DNA of 64,000 nt from Desulfatiglandales bacterium (GTDB lineage Bacteria; Desulfobacterota; DSM-4660; Desulfatiglandales; HGW-15): NCBI GenBank assembly GCA_963667015.2, contig CAXXJJ010000004.1:2560001-2624000 (forward strand). The letters are read 5' to 3'. The notes below the pieces were generated by a model. That model saw nothing but the letters and a program-made list of their open reading frames with translations, was not told the origin of the DNA and made no database searches. The position numbers were made by a program, and so were the translations under genes. Below are positions 52,624-61,802 of the stretch, in pieces. Every line of letters begins with the position of its first letter. Position 1 is the stretch's first letter.

Positions 52624-53787
52624 ATGACTGAAAAATACACTAAAGCACATCCAATATCATTCCCACCACCTGAAAATGGTGATGTAGACATGCTTGTAAT
52701 AGCAGCTGAACATTCAGGCGATCAGAATGCTGCCCTTGGAGTGCGCGAATTGCAGTCTCTCCAACCAGGATATCGTATATGCGCCTTGGGAGGGCCAGCC
52801 TTAAAAGAAAGCGGTGTACAATTACTTATAGATCTGACAAAAGATTCCGCCATTGGTTTTCAAGCAATATATAATTGGAAATTCTATCTAAAACTTATTG
52901 CAGAGGTTGTACGATGGGTGACAGAGCACAGGCCGAAAGTAGTATGTTTTGTTGACTCTTCAGGGTTGAATTTAAGGATAGCAAAGGCTCTATTCTCACA
53001 TGGTCTAATAACTAAGGCAGGAGGACCGACAAAAGCAATTTATTACATTGGTCCCCAGATATGGGCATCCCGGGCCTATCGGCGGTTTTCGATGGCCAAA
53101 TATATTGATGAATTAGCTGTGATATTTCCCTTCGATCTGGATTGCTACTCTGACACTGATCTTTCGGTACGATTTGTAGGGCACCCCTTTGTGAATGGAA
53201 ATGAGACACCTTTAGTGGATTACGATCCAACCGGGCCAATTCTTTTATTGCCTGGCAGCAGAAAATCGGCTGTGTCATATATTTTTCCACTTTTACTTGA
53301 AGGGTATCGACGCTATCTAAAAGGCAATAATGATCGTGAGGCAGTAGTTGTGTACCCCGGTGAAGATGTACGCAGGGTCATAGAGAGAACCATGCATACA
53401 CCATACTTATTAGTTCCTTCGGGCAAACGTGTAGTCGCATCAGCCGTATTGACGAGTTCAGGAACAATGTCACTTCGTTGTGCTCTAGCAGGTGTACCAG
53501 GTGCGATTGTATACCGCACTCATCCTGTTACCTATTTACTAGGACGCTTGTTAGTGAAAGTACCTTACATAGGCATTGCAAACTTTCTTTTAGGTGAAAC
53601 AATGTATCCAGAATACATCCAGGGAGAAGCAGCTCCATCAAAATTGGCAAATCAGTTGTATTCTTCTATACATGAAAGTGAACGGATTGCGAAAGTTAGA
53701 ATGCAAGCAGAACGACTACGCACATTGTTAAGTATACCATCTCAAGGAAGCGTGGGTGAATGGTTTGCTGAGAATTTAATCAAATAA
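52624..53787 (+). CDS. lpxB: Lipid-A-disaccharide synthase-like glycosyltransferase (cassette 6), divergent
   Basis: E.SGD, PQIWA, FPF, FVGHP, LLPGSR, SGT..L, Y...N.L....PE.IQ. Confidence 0.8.
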   Translation: MTEKYTKAHPISFPPPENGDVDMLVIAAEHSGDQNAALGVRELQSLQPGYRICALGGPALKESGVQLLIDLTKDSAIGFQAIYNWKFYLKLIAEVVRWVTEHRPKVVCFVDSSGLNLRIAKALFSHGLITKAGGPTKAIYYIGPQIWASRAYRRFSMAKYIDELAVIFPFDLDCYSDTDLSVRFVGHPFVNGNETPLVDYDPTGPILLLPGSRKSAVSYIFPLLLEGYRRYLKGNNDREAVVVYPGEDVRRVIERTMHTPYLLVPSGKRVVASAVLTSSGTMSLRCALAGVPGAIVYRTHPVTYLLGRLLVKVPYIGIANFLLGETMYPEYIQGEAAPSKLANQLYSSIHESERIAKVRMQAERLRTLLSIPSQGSVGEWFAENLIK

Positions 53788-53821
53788 TATATTATCAAAG
53801 AGATAAGACAAAATAAACTTT

Positions 53822-53889
53822 TCATAACAAACGCTTCCACCGGAAAGCCTGATAAGACGTCGGCTTCCCGTGAAGCAAGCACGTTAAAA
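53822..53889 (+). repeat. attC site 6
   Basis: TCATAAC..GCTTCCAC.GGAAAGCC...GGCTTCCC.GTGAAGC..GTTAAAA. Confidence 0.9.
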
Positions 53890-53939
53890 TTTAGATTTGA
53901 ACTGATAATTTTACCTTCCTTCTATTATGGAGATATTCA

Positions 53940-55037
53940 ATGAAAAAATTACCCGTGTTGTGTTTGGTAATAACATTTCTGATTTCATTTGCTGCATGTA
54001 CAGTCAGAGGACCTAAATTCACAAATAGTTCCACACAAGATGAAAAAATAAAATTATTCAATTCATGGCTAAGCGACCAATACAAACAAGGGGAAATGAG
54101 CAATGTGATTCTTTATGCAGAAAAAGGCAAAATTAAATATTACAAGTGTTTGGGTACAGCAGATATTCAGAAGACAAAGCCACTTACTCTTGATTCATCT
54201 TTTAATCTAGCTTCAGTTACAAAACAATTTACTGCAACTGCGATTATGCTTCTTAAGCAGGATGGCAAACTTGATTTTGATCAACCAGTACAAAAATATC
54301 TGTCAAAATTCCCTTATAAAAACATAACTGTTCGCCACCTTTTAAATCATACTTCCGGCCTTGTAGATTATATGAAATTAGCCAGAAAAGATCATTGGGA
54401 TGATTCAAAAATATTTTCGACAAAAGACATGATATCTCTTTTTGTGAAATATAAACCTGATCTTGACTTTAGGCCGGGTAGTAAATTTGAATATAGTAAC
54501 ACTGGCTATGTGTTTTTATCTGCAATAATTGAGCGTGTCTCAGGTATTTCATTTGAGTCTTTTCTTTCTATGCGAATCTTTAAACCTTTGAATATGAGGA
54601 ATTCCCGGGTATTTAACTTGCTGTCAAAAGATAGAATCTTTGAAGCTCGTGTATTTGGTAAAAAAAATAAAGAATTAAATGACCTTAATTATTTTGATGG
54701 AGTTACAGGTGATGGCGGCGTATACTCATCAGCAAATGATTTGTTGAAATGGGATCAAGCGATTTATCAGAACAGACTTGTTAAAAAAGAACTGCAAGAC
54801 GAAGCTTTTAAACCTGTTACACTTGAGAATGGAGAAAAGTCCTATTATGGTTTTGGATGGTCATTAACCAAGGACAATGATTCTGTTTGCCATGGGGGAT
54901 CATGGGTAGGCTTTCGAGTTTCTATTAAAAGAAATTTTGTCAATCAATCCTTAATCGTTATTCTAAGCAATTATAATACTTATAAATACAATAGTGTATT
55001 GAATGTAATATATGAGAGCTTAGAAGCTATATTTTAA
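53940..55037 (+). CDS. Beta-lactamase-family serine hydrolase lipoprotein (cassette 7)
   Basis: Lipobox FAAC, F.LASVTK (SxxK), LLNHTSG, YSN, HGG. Confidence 0.9.
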   Translation: MKKLPVLCLVITFLISFAACTVRGPKFTNSSTQDEKIKLFNSWLSDQYKQGEMSNVILYAEKGKIKYYKCLGTADIQKTKPLTLDSSFNLASVTKQFTATAIMLLKQDGKLDFDQPVQKYLSKFPYKNITVRHLLNHTSGLVDYMKLARKDHWDDSKIFSTKDMISLFVKYKPDLDFRPGSKFEYSNTGYVFLSAIIERVSGISFESFLSMRIFKPLNMRNSRVFNLLSKDRIFEARVFGKKNKELNDLNYFDGVTGDGGVYSSANDLLKWDQAIYQNRLVKKELQDEAFKPVTLENGEKSYYGFGWSLTKDNDSVCHGGSWVGFRVSIKRNFVNQSLIVILSNYNTYKYNSVLNVIYESLEAIF

Positions 55038-55149
55038 TCATTTTTTGAATGTGAAACTTAAATGTTTCTTCGTAAATAAACCATACAAAGAATTAATAAA
55101 TTGGAGCTGGTGAACAGTTATGCATTTTAATGCTTTTCGGTATGTTTTT
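55032..55149 (+). repeat. Degenerate attC site 7
   Basis: TTTTAAT (R'' C>T); possible R' GTTATGC at 55117 or GGTATGTTTTT at 55139, the latter matching the next R''. Confidence 0.45.
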
Positions 55150-55166
55150 GATAAAGGAGGTATTCC

Positions 55167-55637
55167 ATGAAAAAATATCTTGTGACTTTCTTTTTTATTT
55201 TAACAATATGTTTCGTCAATTCATTAGGTACTACAAGTTTACATGCCAATGAAGAAGCTGAGAAAAAGGAAAAATCTCTTACTCAAGAACAGGCTGCAAC
55301 TCTCGCATCGAAAATTGCTAATAAAAAATTTCAAAAAGATTTTAATATGTCTCCATTCACTCCGGAATCCTATAAGGCTGAACTAATAGATAATAAATGG
55401 CACTGGGGAAAAATAAGCCCTGCCGGTATAAATGGATGTTCGGCAAATGTAACATTTAGTAGAGACGGTTCAGATGAAAATGTAAAGGTCGCATACCACA
55501 CAGATATTTTAAAGAATGAACCCGACCTCAAAAAGGTACCAATGGAAATTGAAATAATCAAAATACCTGAAAGTGATCGTAATAAAATCGAAAAGGCATT
55601 TGAAAGTCTTAAAGATAAAGAAAAACATAACCCTTAA
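55167..55637 (+). CDS. Exported hypothetical protein (cassette 8)
   Basis: AGGAGG RBS, signal peptide. Confidence 0.8.
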   Translation: MKKYLVTFFFILTICFVNSLGTTSLHANEEAEKKEKSLTQEQAATLASKIANKKFQKDFNMSPFTPESYKAELIDNKWHWGKISPAGINGCSANVTFSRDGSDENVKVAYHTDILKNEPDLKKVPMEIEIIKIPESDRNKIEKAFESLKDKEKHNP

Positions 55638-55709
55638 ACATGACCGCGAGGGGCCTCTTACAATTTTAGCAAAACATCTCGGCGCGACATGTTATTTAAA
55701 AAGTTGGTT
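55625..55709 (+). repeat. Degenerate attC site 8 (attC5 family)
   Basis: ACATAAC; central GACCGCGAGGG..CAATTTT.GC..CATCTCGGCGCG like attC5; R' eroded. Confidence 0.7.
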
Positions 55710-55938
55710 TCAAAAGAGAATGTGATGACAACAATAAAGCAACGGAGATAAAAATTGGAAAAGGAAGACAATTCTATGGCAAAATATCTGGTAATGGGTA
55801 GCTGAAAAGTCAGCAAATCAATCTATTCCTGAGTTCGATCTTGAAGAGAAATATAAAAAATGTCTCGAAATTAATAAGGACGATAAAAAAGCCTTAGGTG
55901 AACTTGGCTACATACAGAGCCTAAGGAATAAAAACAAT

Positions 55939-56008
55939 CCATAACATTATCATTTGCATCAAGCCGACTTGGCGAAAAGCACGCCAAGCCTCTTATGCAG
56001 CATTAGAA
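55939..56008 (+). repeat. Degenerate attC site 9 (attC1 family)
   Basis: CCATAAC..TTTGCATCAAG..TTGGCG AAAAG.. CGCCAA..CTTATGCA..ATTAGAA (R' G>A, matches next R'' TTCTAAC). Confidence 0.75.
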
Positions 56009-56064
56009 AAATCAGAAAATGTTTTACGTTACTGGAATCAGGAAAAAATTAAAAAGGAAAATTT

Positions 56065-56481
56065 ATGGGACAAAAAGAAACAGTTATAGATTCTGAAGAA
56101 TGGGTCAAATTCATTGACATGGTAAACGCGTCAAACACTGAGTTTGCTAAAGGAATGGTGGGAGATGTAACAAAGTCTGTTTGGTCACATAGTGATGATG
56201 CCACGATTTTTGGTGGTTATGGCGGTTTTGTCGAACCTGGATGGAAGAACGTTGAAGATAGGCTGTCGGCAGCCGCTAAACAGGCTATAGACGGAGCGTA
56301 CTCGTATAAACCAATTAAAAGTTCAGTCACAGGGGATTCAGCGTATATACTTCAAACTGAGCAATATATCTTTCCCGGAAAACCTGTAATAGACATACGA
56401 GCAACGATTATCTGTCAAAAAGAACCAGATGGATGGAAAATTATTCACCGTCATGGTGAAATCATAAAACCACCCAAATAG
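56065..56481 (+). CDS. SnoaL/NTF2-like protein (cassette 10)
   Basis: WSH.DD.TI.G..G....GW..V, RAT.I...E.DGWKIIHRH. Confidence 0.85.
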   Translation: MGQKETVIDSEEWVKFIDMVNASNTEFAKGMVGDVTKSVWSHSDDATIFGGYGGFVEPGWKNVEDRLSAAAKQAIDGAYSYKPIKSSVTGDSAYILQTEQYIFPGKPVIDIRATIICQKEPDGWKIIHRHGEIIKPPK

Positions 56482-56495
56482 GTCCAAAGAATATT

Positions 56496-56568
56496 TTCTA
56501 ACATCGGCATTCACCAGATTGCCATTCCGCTGTCGCTTCATGGTAACGGGTGATACCGGGCGTTAATT
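56496..56568 (+). repeat. attC site 10
   Basis: TTCTAAC..CGGCATTCACC..TTGCCAT...ATGGTAA..GGTGATACCG..GTTAATT. Confidence 0.88.
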
Positions 56569-56579
56569 TAAAAAATTAT

Positions 56580-56790
56580 TCAATATACTTCATCATGATG
56601 ACCGACATTTACCAAGACGATTTCTTTGTCTTTTAAATAAAATTCAAGAGTGATTCGGTATGAAATATTAATAGAAATAGAATGCAGGTCTTTTAATTTA
56701 CCTTTAAGTCGATGCAACCTTAATGATGGATGGTGTGGGTCATTTTCCAATATCTTTAAAGTTTTTTCATATTGAGTGATTATTTCAAGA
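56580..56790 (-). pseudogene. 5'-truncated RelE/ParE-superfamily toxin (inverted in cassette 11)
   Basis: QYEKTL..LE.DP.HPSLRLH.LKG.L..LHSISIN.SYRI...VG.HDEVY; N-terminus does not fit the family; no antitoxin. Confidence 0.7.
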
Positions 56791-56948
56791 GGAAAATTAA
56801 ACCCAAAAACAGAAGAGATTCCTGTATATGTATTTAGAAGCTTGTAAAGAGTGCAGCAAGTAAAAGACAACAAAAAATATCCAACGCTTTTATTTTGGAT
56901 TCATTTATTGAAATATCGAGGCAAACATTGCGAACAATGGGGATTAAA

Positions 56949-57428
56949 ATGGATATAATCATTAAGAAAAAAGAAACATTTTCGGTTCTAGGGGTACAAT
57001 ACCAAATGAATCAAGGCTCAGAGACTTCTGAGCTTTTCGCGAGAATTTGGAAACAGTTCGAGTCATATGGTGAAATAATAGAATCTCTATCAATTGATAA
57101 TCAATATTACGGAGTACAATTTCCTACTGACAAGGAAGATGTTACAGAATATATGGCTGGGATGGTGGTTGAGACAGACTCTGCTGTGCCTGATGGATTA
57201 GTAAAACGCATTGTGCCGGGTGGTGAATACGCAATTTTTGAATGTTCTGTTGAGAAGATTGGAGAATGTTACCAAAACATTTTCACAAAATGGCTACCAT
57301 CAGAGTCAGTATTGTTTATACCAAAAAATCCAGTATTTGAGGAATATCCAGAGAAAAATTCCACTGGACCAGTTTGTATCCATATTCCGATAACGAAGTA
57401 TGAAAACGGTTCACCGGGGATTTTTTAA
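56949..57428 (+). CDS. GyrI-like small-molecule-binding protein
   Basis: W..F, YYGV, YMAG, VP.G.YA.F, I...WLP, FE.Y, I.IPI. Confidence 0.85.
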   Translation: MDIIIKKKETFSVLGVQYQMNQGSETSELFARIWKQFESYGEIIESLSIDNQYYGVQFPTDKEDVTEYMAGMVVETDSAVPDGLVKRIVPGGEYAIFECSVEKIGECYQNIFTKWLPSESVLFIPKNPVFEEYPEKNSTGPVCIHIPITKYENGSPGIF

Positions 57429-57526
57429 AACTATGATAAATAAAATTAAAAGCTGTTTAATAATGCTCAAGGCAGGCAGATATCAGGGCCTTTGAGATTT
57501 AAAAAGGGTAATCGAATTATCACTAT

Positions 57527-58042
57527 ATGAAACCCAGAATAGAAATGTTAAAGTCAATGAAGCTCGTTGGAATTTCTATGAAGATGTCTCTGGCGGATAA
57601 TAAAACAGCCGAATTATGGCAACGGTTTATGCCGGGGCGCTCGGAAGTAAAAAACAGGGTAAACACCGATTTTATCTCCATGCAGATCTATGGAGAAGAC
57701 TGGACTTTTTCTCCGGACGCACAATTTGAAAAATGGGCAACGGTGGAAGTTTCAACCTTTTCGGAAATCCCTGCCAATATGGAAACATATATGCTGCAGG
57801 GAGGGAAATATGCAGTTTTCATCCACAAGGGGCCCGCAGGCAATGCAGCACAGATAATGCAATGGATTTTTGGTAAATGGCTGCCTGACTCAGAATATCT
57901 TCTAGATAACCGGGAGCATTTTGAGATACTCCCTGAAAACTACAGGCCGCAGGACACGGAGGCAACCGAGGAAATCTGGATACCTGTAAAAGACAAAGTT
58001 ATGATAAAAGAATCAAGGCTGTTTGACTCCTGCTCAATATAG
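57527..58042 (+). CDS. GyrI-like small-molecule-binding protein
   Basis: LVG...MSL..NKT.ELW..FMP, GGKYAVF.HKG, WLP.S.Y.LD.R.HFE, EEIWIPV. Confidence 0.9.
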   Translation: MKPRIEMLKSMKLVGISMKMSLADNKTAELWQRFMPGRSEVKNRVNTDFISMQIYGEDWTFSPDAQFEKWATVEVSTFSEIPANMETYMLQGGKYAVFIHKGPAGNAAQIMQWIFGKWLPDSEYLLDNREHFEILPENYRPQDTEATEEIWIPVKDKVMIKESRLFDSCSI

Positions 58043-58112
58043 GTTAAAATAGTCAGAAAGGAACCGCCGCAGGACTTAAAAGAATGCCTGTTAAGGATAC
58101 CGTGGAGTAAGC

Positions 58113-59060
58113 ATGAACTGTTTTTTTAAATCATTTTTTCGGATCACATCTATTATCTTTTTAATGATGCTTTCCGGCAGCTGCGACAATAACGACACAA
58201 CATCGGGAATACCCTCGCCCTTTGGACCCAAAATAATAAAAAAGGTAAAAATCACATATGATTGCAAGATAGACACGGAAATTGAATTATCTGAAAATAT
58301 AAAAAAATTAGTATCAACAGACCTGGAAACATCTACAACCGATTTTGAAACACCGGTTCACCCTGAAGGCAAGGTGGTTTCTCTCGAGATCTGCGAAATG
58401 CCCGTAGAGATAAGGGACGCAGAGCTTAAAAAAGGTGTCCTGACTACAAAAAGCTATGGAGATATAGACGTTATCCTGGTCGGGCTTAAGGGTGGAGAAT
58501 CTGTTTTTGAACTGCAGGCAACCGAAAAGCAGATTGGATTTATTACACAGGACGTCATTAAATACCAGGACAATAAAAGAGCCCTTTTTAATGCCGTCCT
58601 GGAGGATGACATTCCGAAATTAAAATCACTGATCGATGCGAAAGTTGAGCTGAATGTAAGGAGTGTTGACGATATTACCCCCCTGACAGCGGCAACCATA
58701 TTAAACCAGCCGGAAGTTGTCCGTATTTTGCTGGATGCAGGAGCTGACGTGAACGCAAAAGACATTACAGGATGGACCGCACTTATTCATTCTGCATCAG
58801 CAAATAGTAATATTGAAATAGCCAGGGCGCTGATAAAGGCCCGTTCAGATATAAACGCCCGGGGTATACACGGCAATACCGCGCTTATTATGGCGGCCTT
58901 GAAAGGGAATATTGCCTTTGTGAAGGCGCTGGTGGAAGCCGGTGCAGATTTAAATGTTTCAGCTGATATCGAGGGAGAAAACTCTACAGCGCTGGTTATA
59001 GCAGAAAAAAAAGGACACGGGGATATAGTTGAATTTCTTAAGGCATCAGGAGCAAAGTAA
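58113..59060 (+). CDS. Ankyrin-repeat lipoprotein
   Basis: Lipobox LSGSC; repeated G.TAL..A...G...V..L...GAD.N. Confidence 0.88.
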   Translation: MNCFFKSFFRITSIIFLMMLSGSCDNNDTTSGIPSPFGPKIIKKVKITYDCKIDTEIELSENIKKLVSTDLETSTTDFETPVHPEGKVVSLEICEMPVEIRDAELKKGVLTTKSYGDIDVILVGLKGGESVFELQATEKQIGFITQDVIKYQDNKRALFNAVLEDDIPKLKSLIDAKVELNVRSVDDITPLTAATILNQPEVVRILLDAGADVNAKDITGWTALIHSASANSNIEIARALIKARSDINARGIHGNTALIMAALKGNIAFVKALVEAGADLNVSADIEGENSTALVIAEKKGHGDIVEFLKASGAK

Positions 59061-59070
59061 GGAGATGAAT

Positions 59071-59766
59071 ATGGACAAAAAAGATAAAAACCCTTTTAAC
59101 CGGGAAAATCTCACCAAAAACATCTTAAAGGAATGGCAGAGTCTGCTTGATGAAACTGCAGAGATACTCGACGTTCCGGCAGGACTGATCACACGCGTTG
59201 ACGGAAAAGAAATCGAGATCCTTCTTTCAAGCCATACCGATGGCAATCCCTACCCTGCAGATTATGTTACTCAATACCCGGATTCAGGATGGTACTGTGA
59301 ATATACGTTAAAGAGCAGAGGACTGAATCTGATCCCAAATGCGCTCCAGGATTCCAGGTGGAAAGACAATGCCGCTGCAGTAGATCTGCAGATTATCTCT
59401 TACATGGGTATGCCAATCGAGCGCCCTGACGGGGAACAGTTCGGGACAGTATGCTTCCTGGACAACAAGGAGAATCCTCATAATGAACTGCATATAAGAC
59501 TTGTCCAGCAGATCAAGAAGATGATCGAACTTACTCTCAGTATTGTTTCTGCAAAGGAGGAGCTTGACCACCGGGAACGATTGATTGATAACCTGAGCAA
59601 GATTTATCCGATCTGCAGTTATTGTAAAAAAGTACGGGAAGAATCAGGCGATTGGGTCTCGGTAGAAAAATATGTCAAAGACATTTCAGGTGCCAATGCT
59701 TCACATGGTGTCTGCCCGCAGTGCTTTAAAAGAGAGGCTGAAGAGATCGATAAAATGAATTTTTGA
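59071..59766 (+). CDS. GAF-domain protein with C-terminal Cys/His zinc-ribbon
   Basis: WQ..LD..A....VPAGLI, Y.G.PI..PDG..FGT.C.LD; PICSYCKKVR...W..VE.Y...SHG.CP.C. Confidence 0.85.
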   Translation: MDKKDKNPFNRENLTKNILKEWQSLLDETAEILDVPAGLITRVDGKEIEILLSSHTDGNPYPADYVTQYPDSGWYCEYTLKSRGLNLIPNALQDSRWKDNAAAVDLQIISYMGMPIERPDGEQFGTVCFLDNKENPHNELHIRLVQQIKKMIELTLSIVSAKEELDHRERLIDNLSKIYPICSYCKKVREESGDWVSVEKYVKDISGANASHGVCPQCFKREAEEIDKMNF

Positions 59767-60184
59767 TAAGGACTGCCAGGCTCATTTCAGCAAAGAAGTT
59801 ACGCATCCTGTTTTGTATGAATATGGAAATCAATGAATGGACCACTGGTTAAATGATACCGCCCAATCTGCTTTGGTGGACTGGCCCAGCATCCCGGCCA
59901 TCCGACCTTGAAGAATATCTGATTAAACATGATTTCAAATTTATAGGAGACTCACCCGGTATGGCTGTGGATCTGCTTTCCCTGAATGAAAGTTTTTAGC
60001 CGCAACCCGAATGGATTGTCAGGACAGTCAATGACAAGGATTCATTGAGGATATGGAGGTTAAGGCTAAAAAAAATTGAGACCATGACCTGGAATCCTGG
60101 TTTCTATTGTCACGTCTTAAATACTCTTCTTTGGCTCTGAAGCCCCCTCCCCCGGCCCCTCCCACGAGGGGAGCTTAACTTAGC

Positions 60185-61762
60185 CTAATATCTTTTTCCC
60201 TCAGCTACCTTAAAGGCCAGTGCTCCGGTAGGACATGCATTTACAACCTCCCGGGCAGTTTTTGAAAGACCTTCGGCTATTGATTTCTCAAAGGGGACAG
60301 CAACCTTTACATCAAATCCCCTGCCGATAAAGGTCAGACCAAGTTCTTCCTTTTGTTTTTCGGTTATTCGCACACATATGCCGCAGCTGATACATTTCCC
60401 GGGTTCATATATTATTTCAGGATGATCATCCCTGTATAAAAATGCCCGTTTCTTTCCCCTGTACTGTGTTGCCTTTGCTCCATATTCCTGTGCAAAGACC
60501 CGCAGTCTGCATGATGTCACTTTACTGCAGTCACAGTTCAGGCAGTATGAGGCTTCGCGGGAGACCGCATCCTTATCAGAAACAGATATATTGTCTGTAA
60601 TTTGAGACCGCTCTTTGTCTTTACTGGAAATTGCCAGGTTAATAAATTCTTCCTGTTCAGATTTCCCCATCCTCGTATTGAACTCCCGCACATAACCTGT
60701 AACAGGTTCTTTATCCAAAAACTGTAAAATACCTGCTGCCGCCTTCTTTCCATCTGCCAGTGAACGCACTGTCAGCTTGAGGCCTTTCCGGACATCGCCT
60801 CCTGCAAACACCCCTGGCATTTCGGTCCGGAAGGTATCAGGATTTACTGTAAGGTTCCCCTTATTTAGGGAAAATCCAAGCGCCTCAAGGTCACCTGATG
60901 CAGCCCTCCCGATTCCAAGGAAAACAGCGTCAAAGGTTTTTAACAATTCTTCAATGGATACATCCCTGCCCGCACGTATCTGCTGTTTGAATATTACGCC
61001 AATATTTCTGATCTGTTCAATCTCGGCATCCAGCACGTTTCGGGGAAGATCCTCTTCTGGTACACCATAACGCAGCATTCCTCCGGGTTCTTCACGATCA
61101 TCAAACACGGTACATGAAACGCCTTCTCTCTGTAAATAATAGGCCGCAGATAAACCCGCAGGACCAGCACCTATAACTGCCACCTTTTTACCCCTGTCCG
61201 GAGAAACATGAGGTTTGAAAGGTGCGGCCTCAGCCAGATCCAGTTCCGCTGCGCACCGCTTAATGAATCGAACTGCCAATGGCGCATCAACCTGTCCTCG
61301 CCTGCATGCCTTCTCGCAGGGGGCAGGACAAATATATCCGGTAACCGCCGGCAGGACCAGATGCTCCTTTATTGTCTCAATGGCCCTGTCATAGCGCCCG
61401 GCTGCCATAAATCGCATCATCTCAGGGATATTCATGCCGGCAGGGCATGCAGCCTGGCAGGGCCCAATGCAGTCGCCCACATGATCACTCAGCAGGAGTT
61501 CCAGGGCTGTCCTGCGTGCGAGTGTTACATCCGGATCATCATTAAATATGACCATGCCCTCCTCTGCCCTTGTTGCACAGGATGGAAGCAGGTTTCTGCG
61601 TCCCTCTACCTTAACCACGCAAAGCATGCAGCTGGTTATGGGAAGAAGGTCCTTTAAATAGCAGAGTGTGGGGATCTTAATGCCGATGGATTCCGCTGCA
61701 TCGAGGATGGTTGTTCCTTCAGGAACCTGGGTAGATTTTCCGTCTATTGTTATACTAATCAT
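60185..61762 (-). CDS. Fe-S flavoprotein: NuoG-like 2Fe-2S + GltD-like FAD/NAD(P) domain + ferredoxin
   Basis: IPTLC..SC..C.V...SC, PC..ACP, GAGPAGL, GGMLRYG, KCI.CG.C, CPTGAL. Confidence 0.9.
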   Translation of the reverse strand: MISITIDGKSTQVPEGTTILDAAESIGIKIPTLCYLKDLLPITSCMLCVVKVEGRRNLLPSCATRAEEGMVIFNDDPDVTLARRTALELLLSDHVGDCIGPCQAACPAGMNIPEMMRFMAAGRYDRAIETIKEHLVLPAVTGYICPAPCEKACRRGQVDAPLAVRFIKRCAAELDLAEAAPFKPHVSPDRGKKVAVIGAGPAGLSAAYYLQREGVSCTVFDDREEPGGMLRYGVPEEDLPRNVLDAEIEQIRNIGVIFKQQIRAGRDVSIEELLKTFDAVFLGIGRAASGDLEALGFSLNKGNLTVNPDTFRTEMPGVFAGGDVRKGLKLTVRSLADGKKAAAGILQFLDKEPVTGYVREFNTRMGKSEQEEFINLAISSKDKERSQITDNISVSDKDAVSREASYCLNCDCSKVTSCRLRVFAQEYGAKATQYRGKKRAFLYRDDHPEIIYEPGKCISCGICVRITEKQKEELGLTFIGRGFDVKVAVPFEKSIAEGLSKTAREVVNACPTGALAFKVAEGKRY

Positions 61763-61802
61763 AATTTTTCCAAACTATAAATTTAGCTGTTTAGACGGTA
61801 GC

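Larger units (their letters stand above)
46335..56880 (+). mobile_element. Integron gene-cassette array without intI in window (CALIN-like), about 11 cassettes
   Basis: Chain of attC sites, each R'' complementary to the preceding GTT core; mostly one co-oriented ORF per cassette; AT-rich. Confidence 0.92.

Noticed and set aside
53940..55037. Bona fide antibiotic-resistance beta-lactamase
   Set aside because: Motifs fit the broad serine hydrolase/peptidase family; activity cannot be inferred
57440..58100. Additional attC sites around the GyrI-like genes
   Set aside because: Only partial hints (AATTAAA, a short hairpin, GTTAAGG); no matching R''/R' pair
59770..60120. Possible gene remnant between the GAF gene and the oxidoreductase
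   Set aside because: Multiple stops and no motif I can identify
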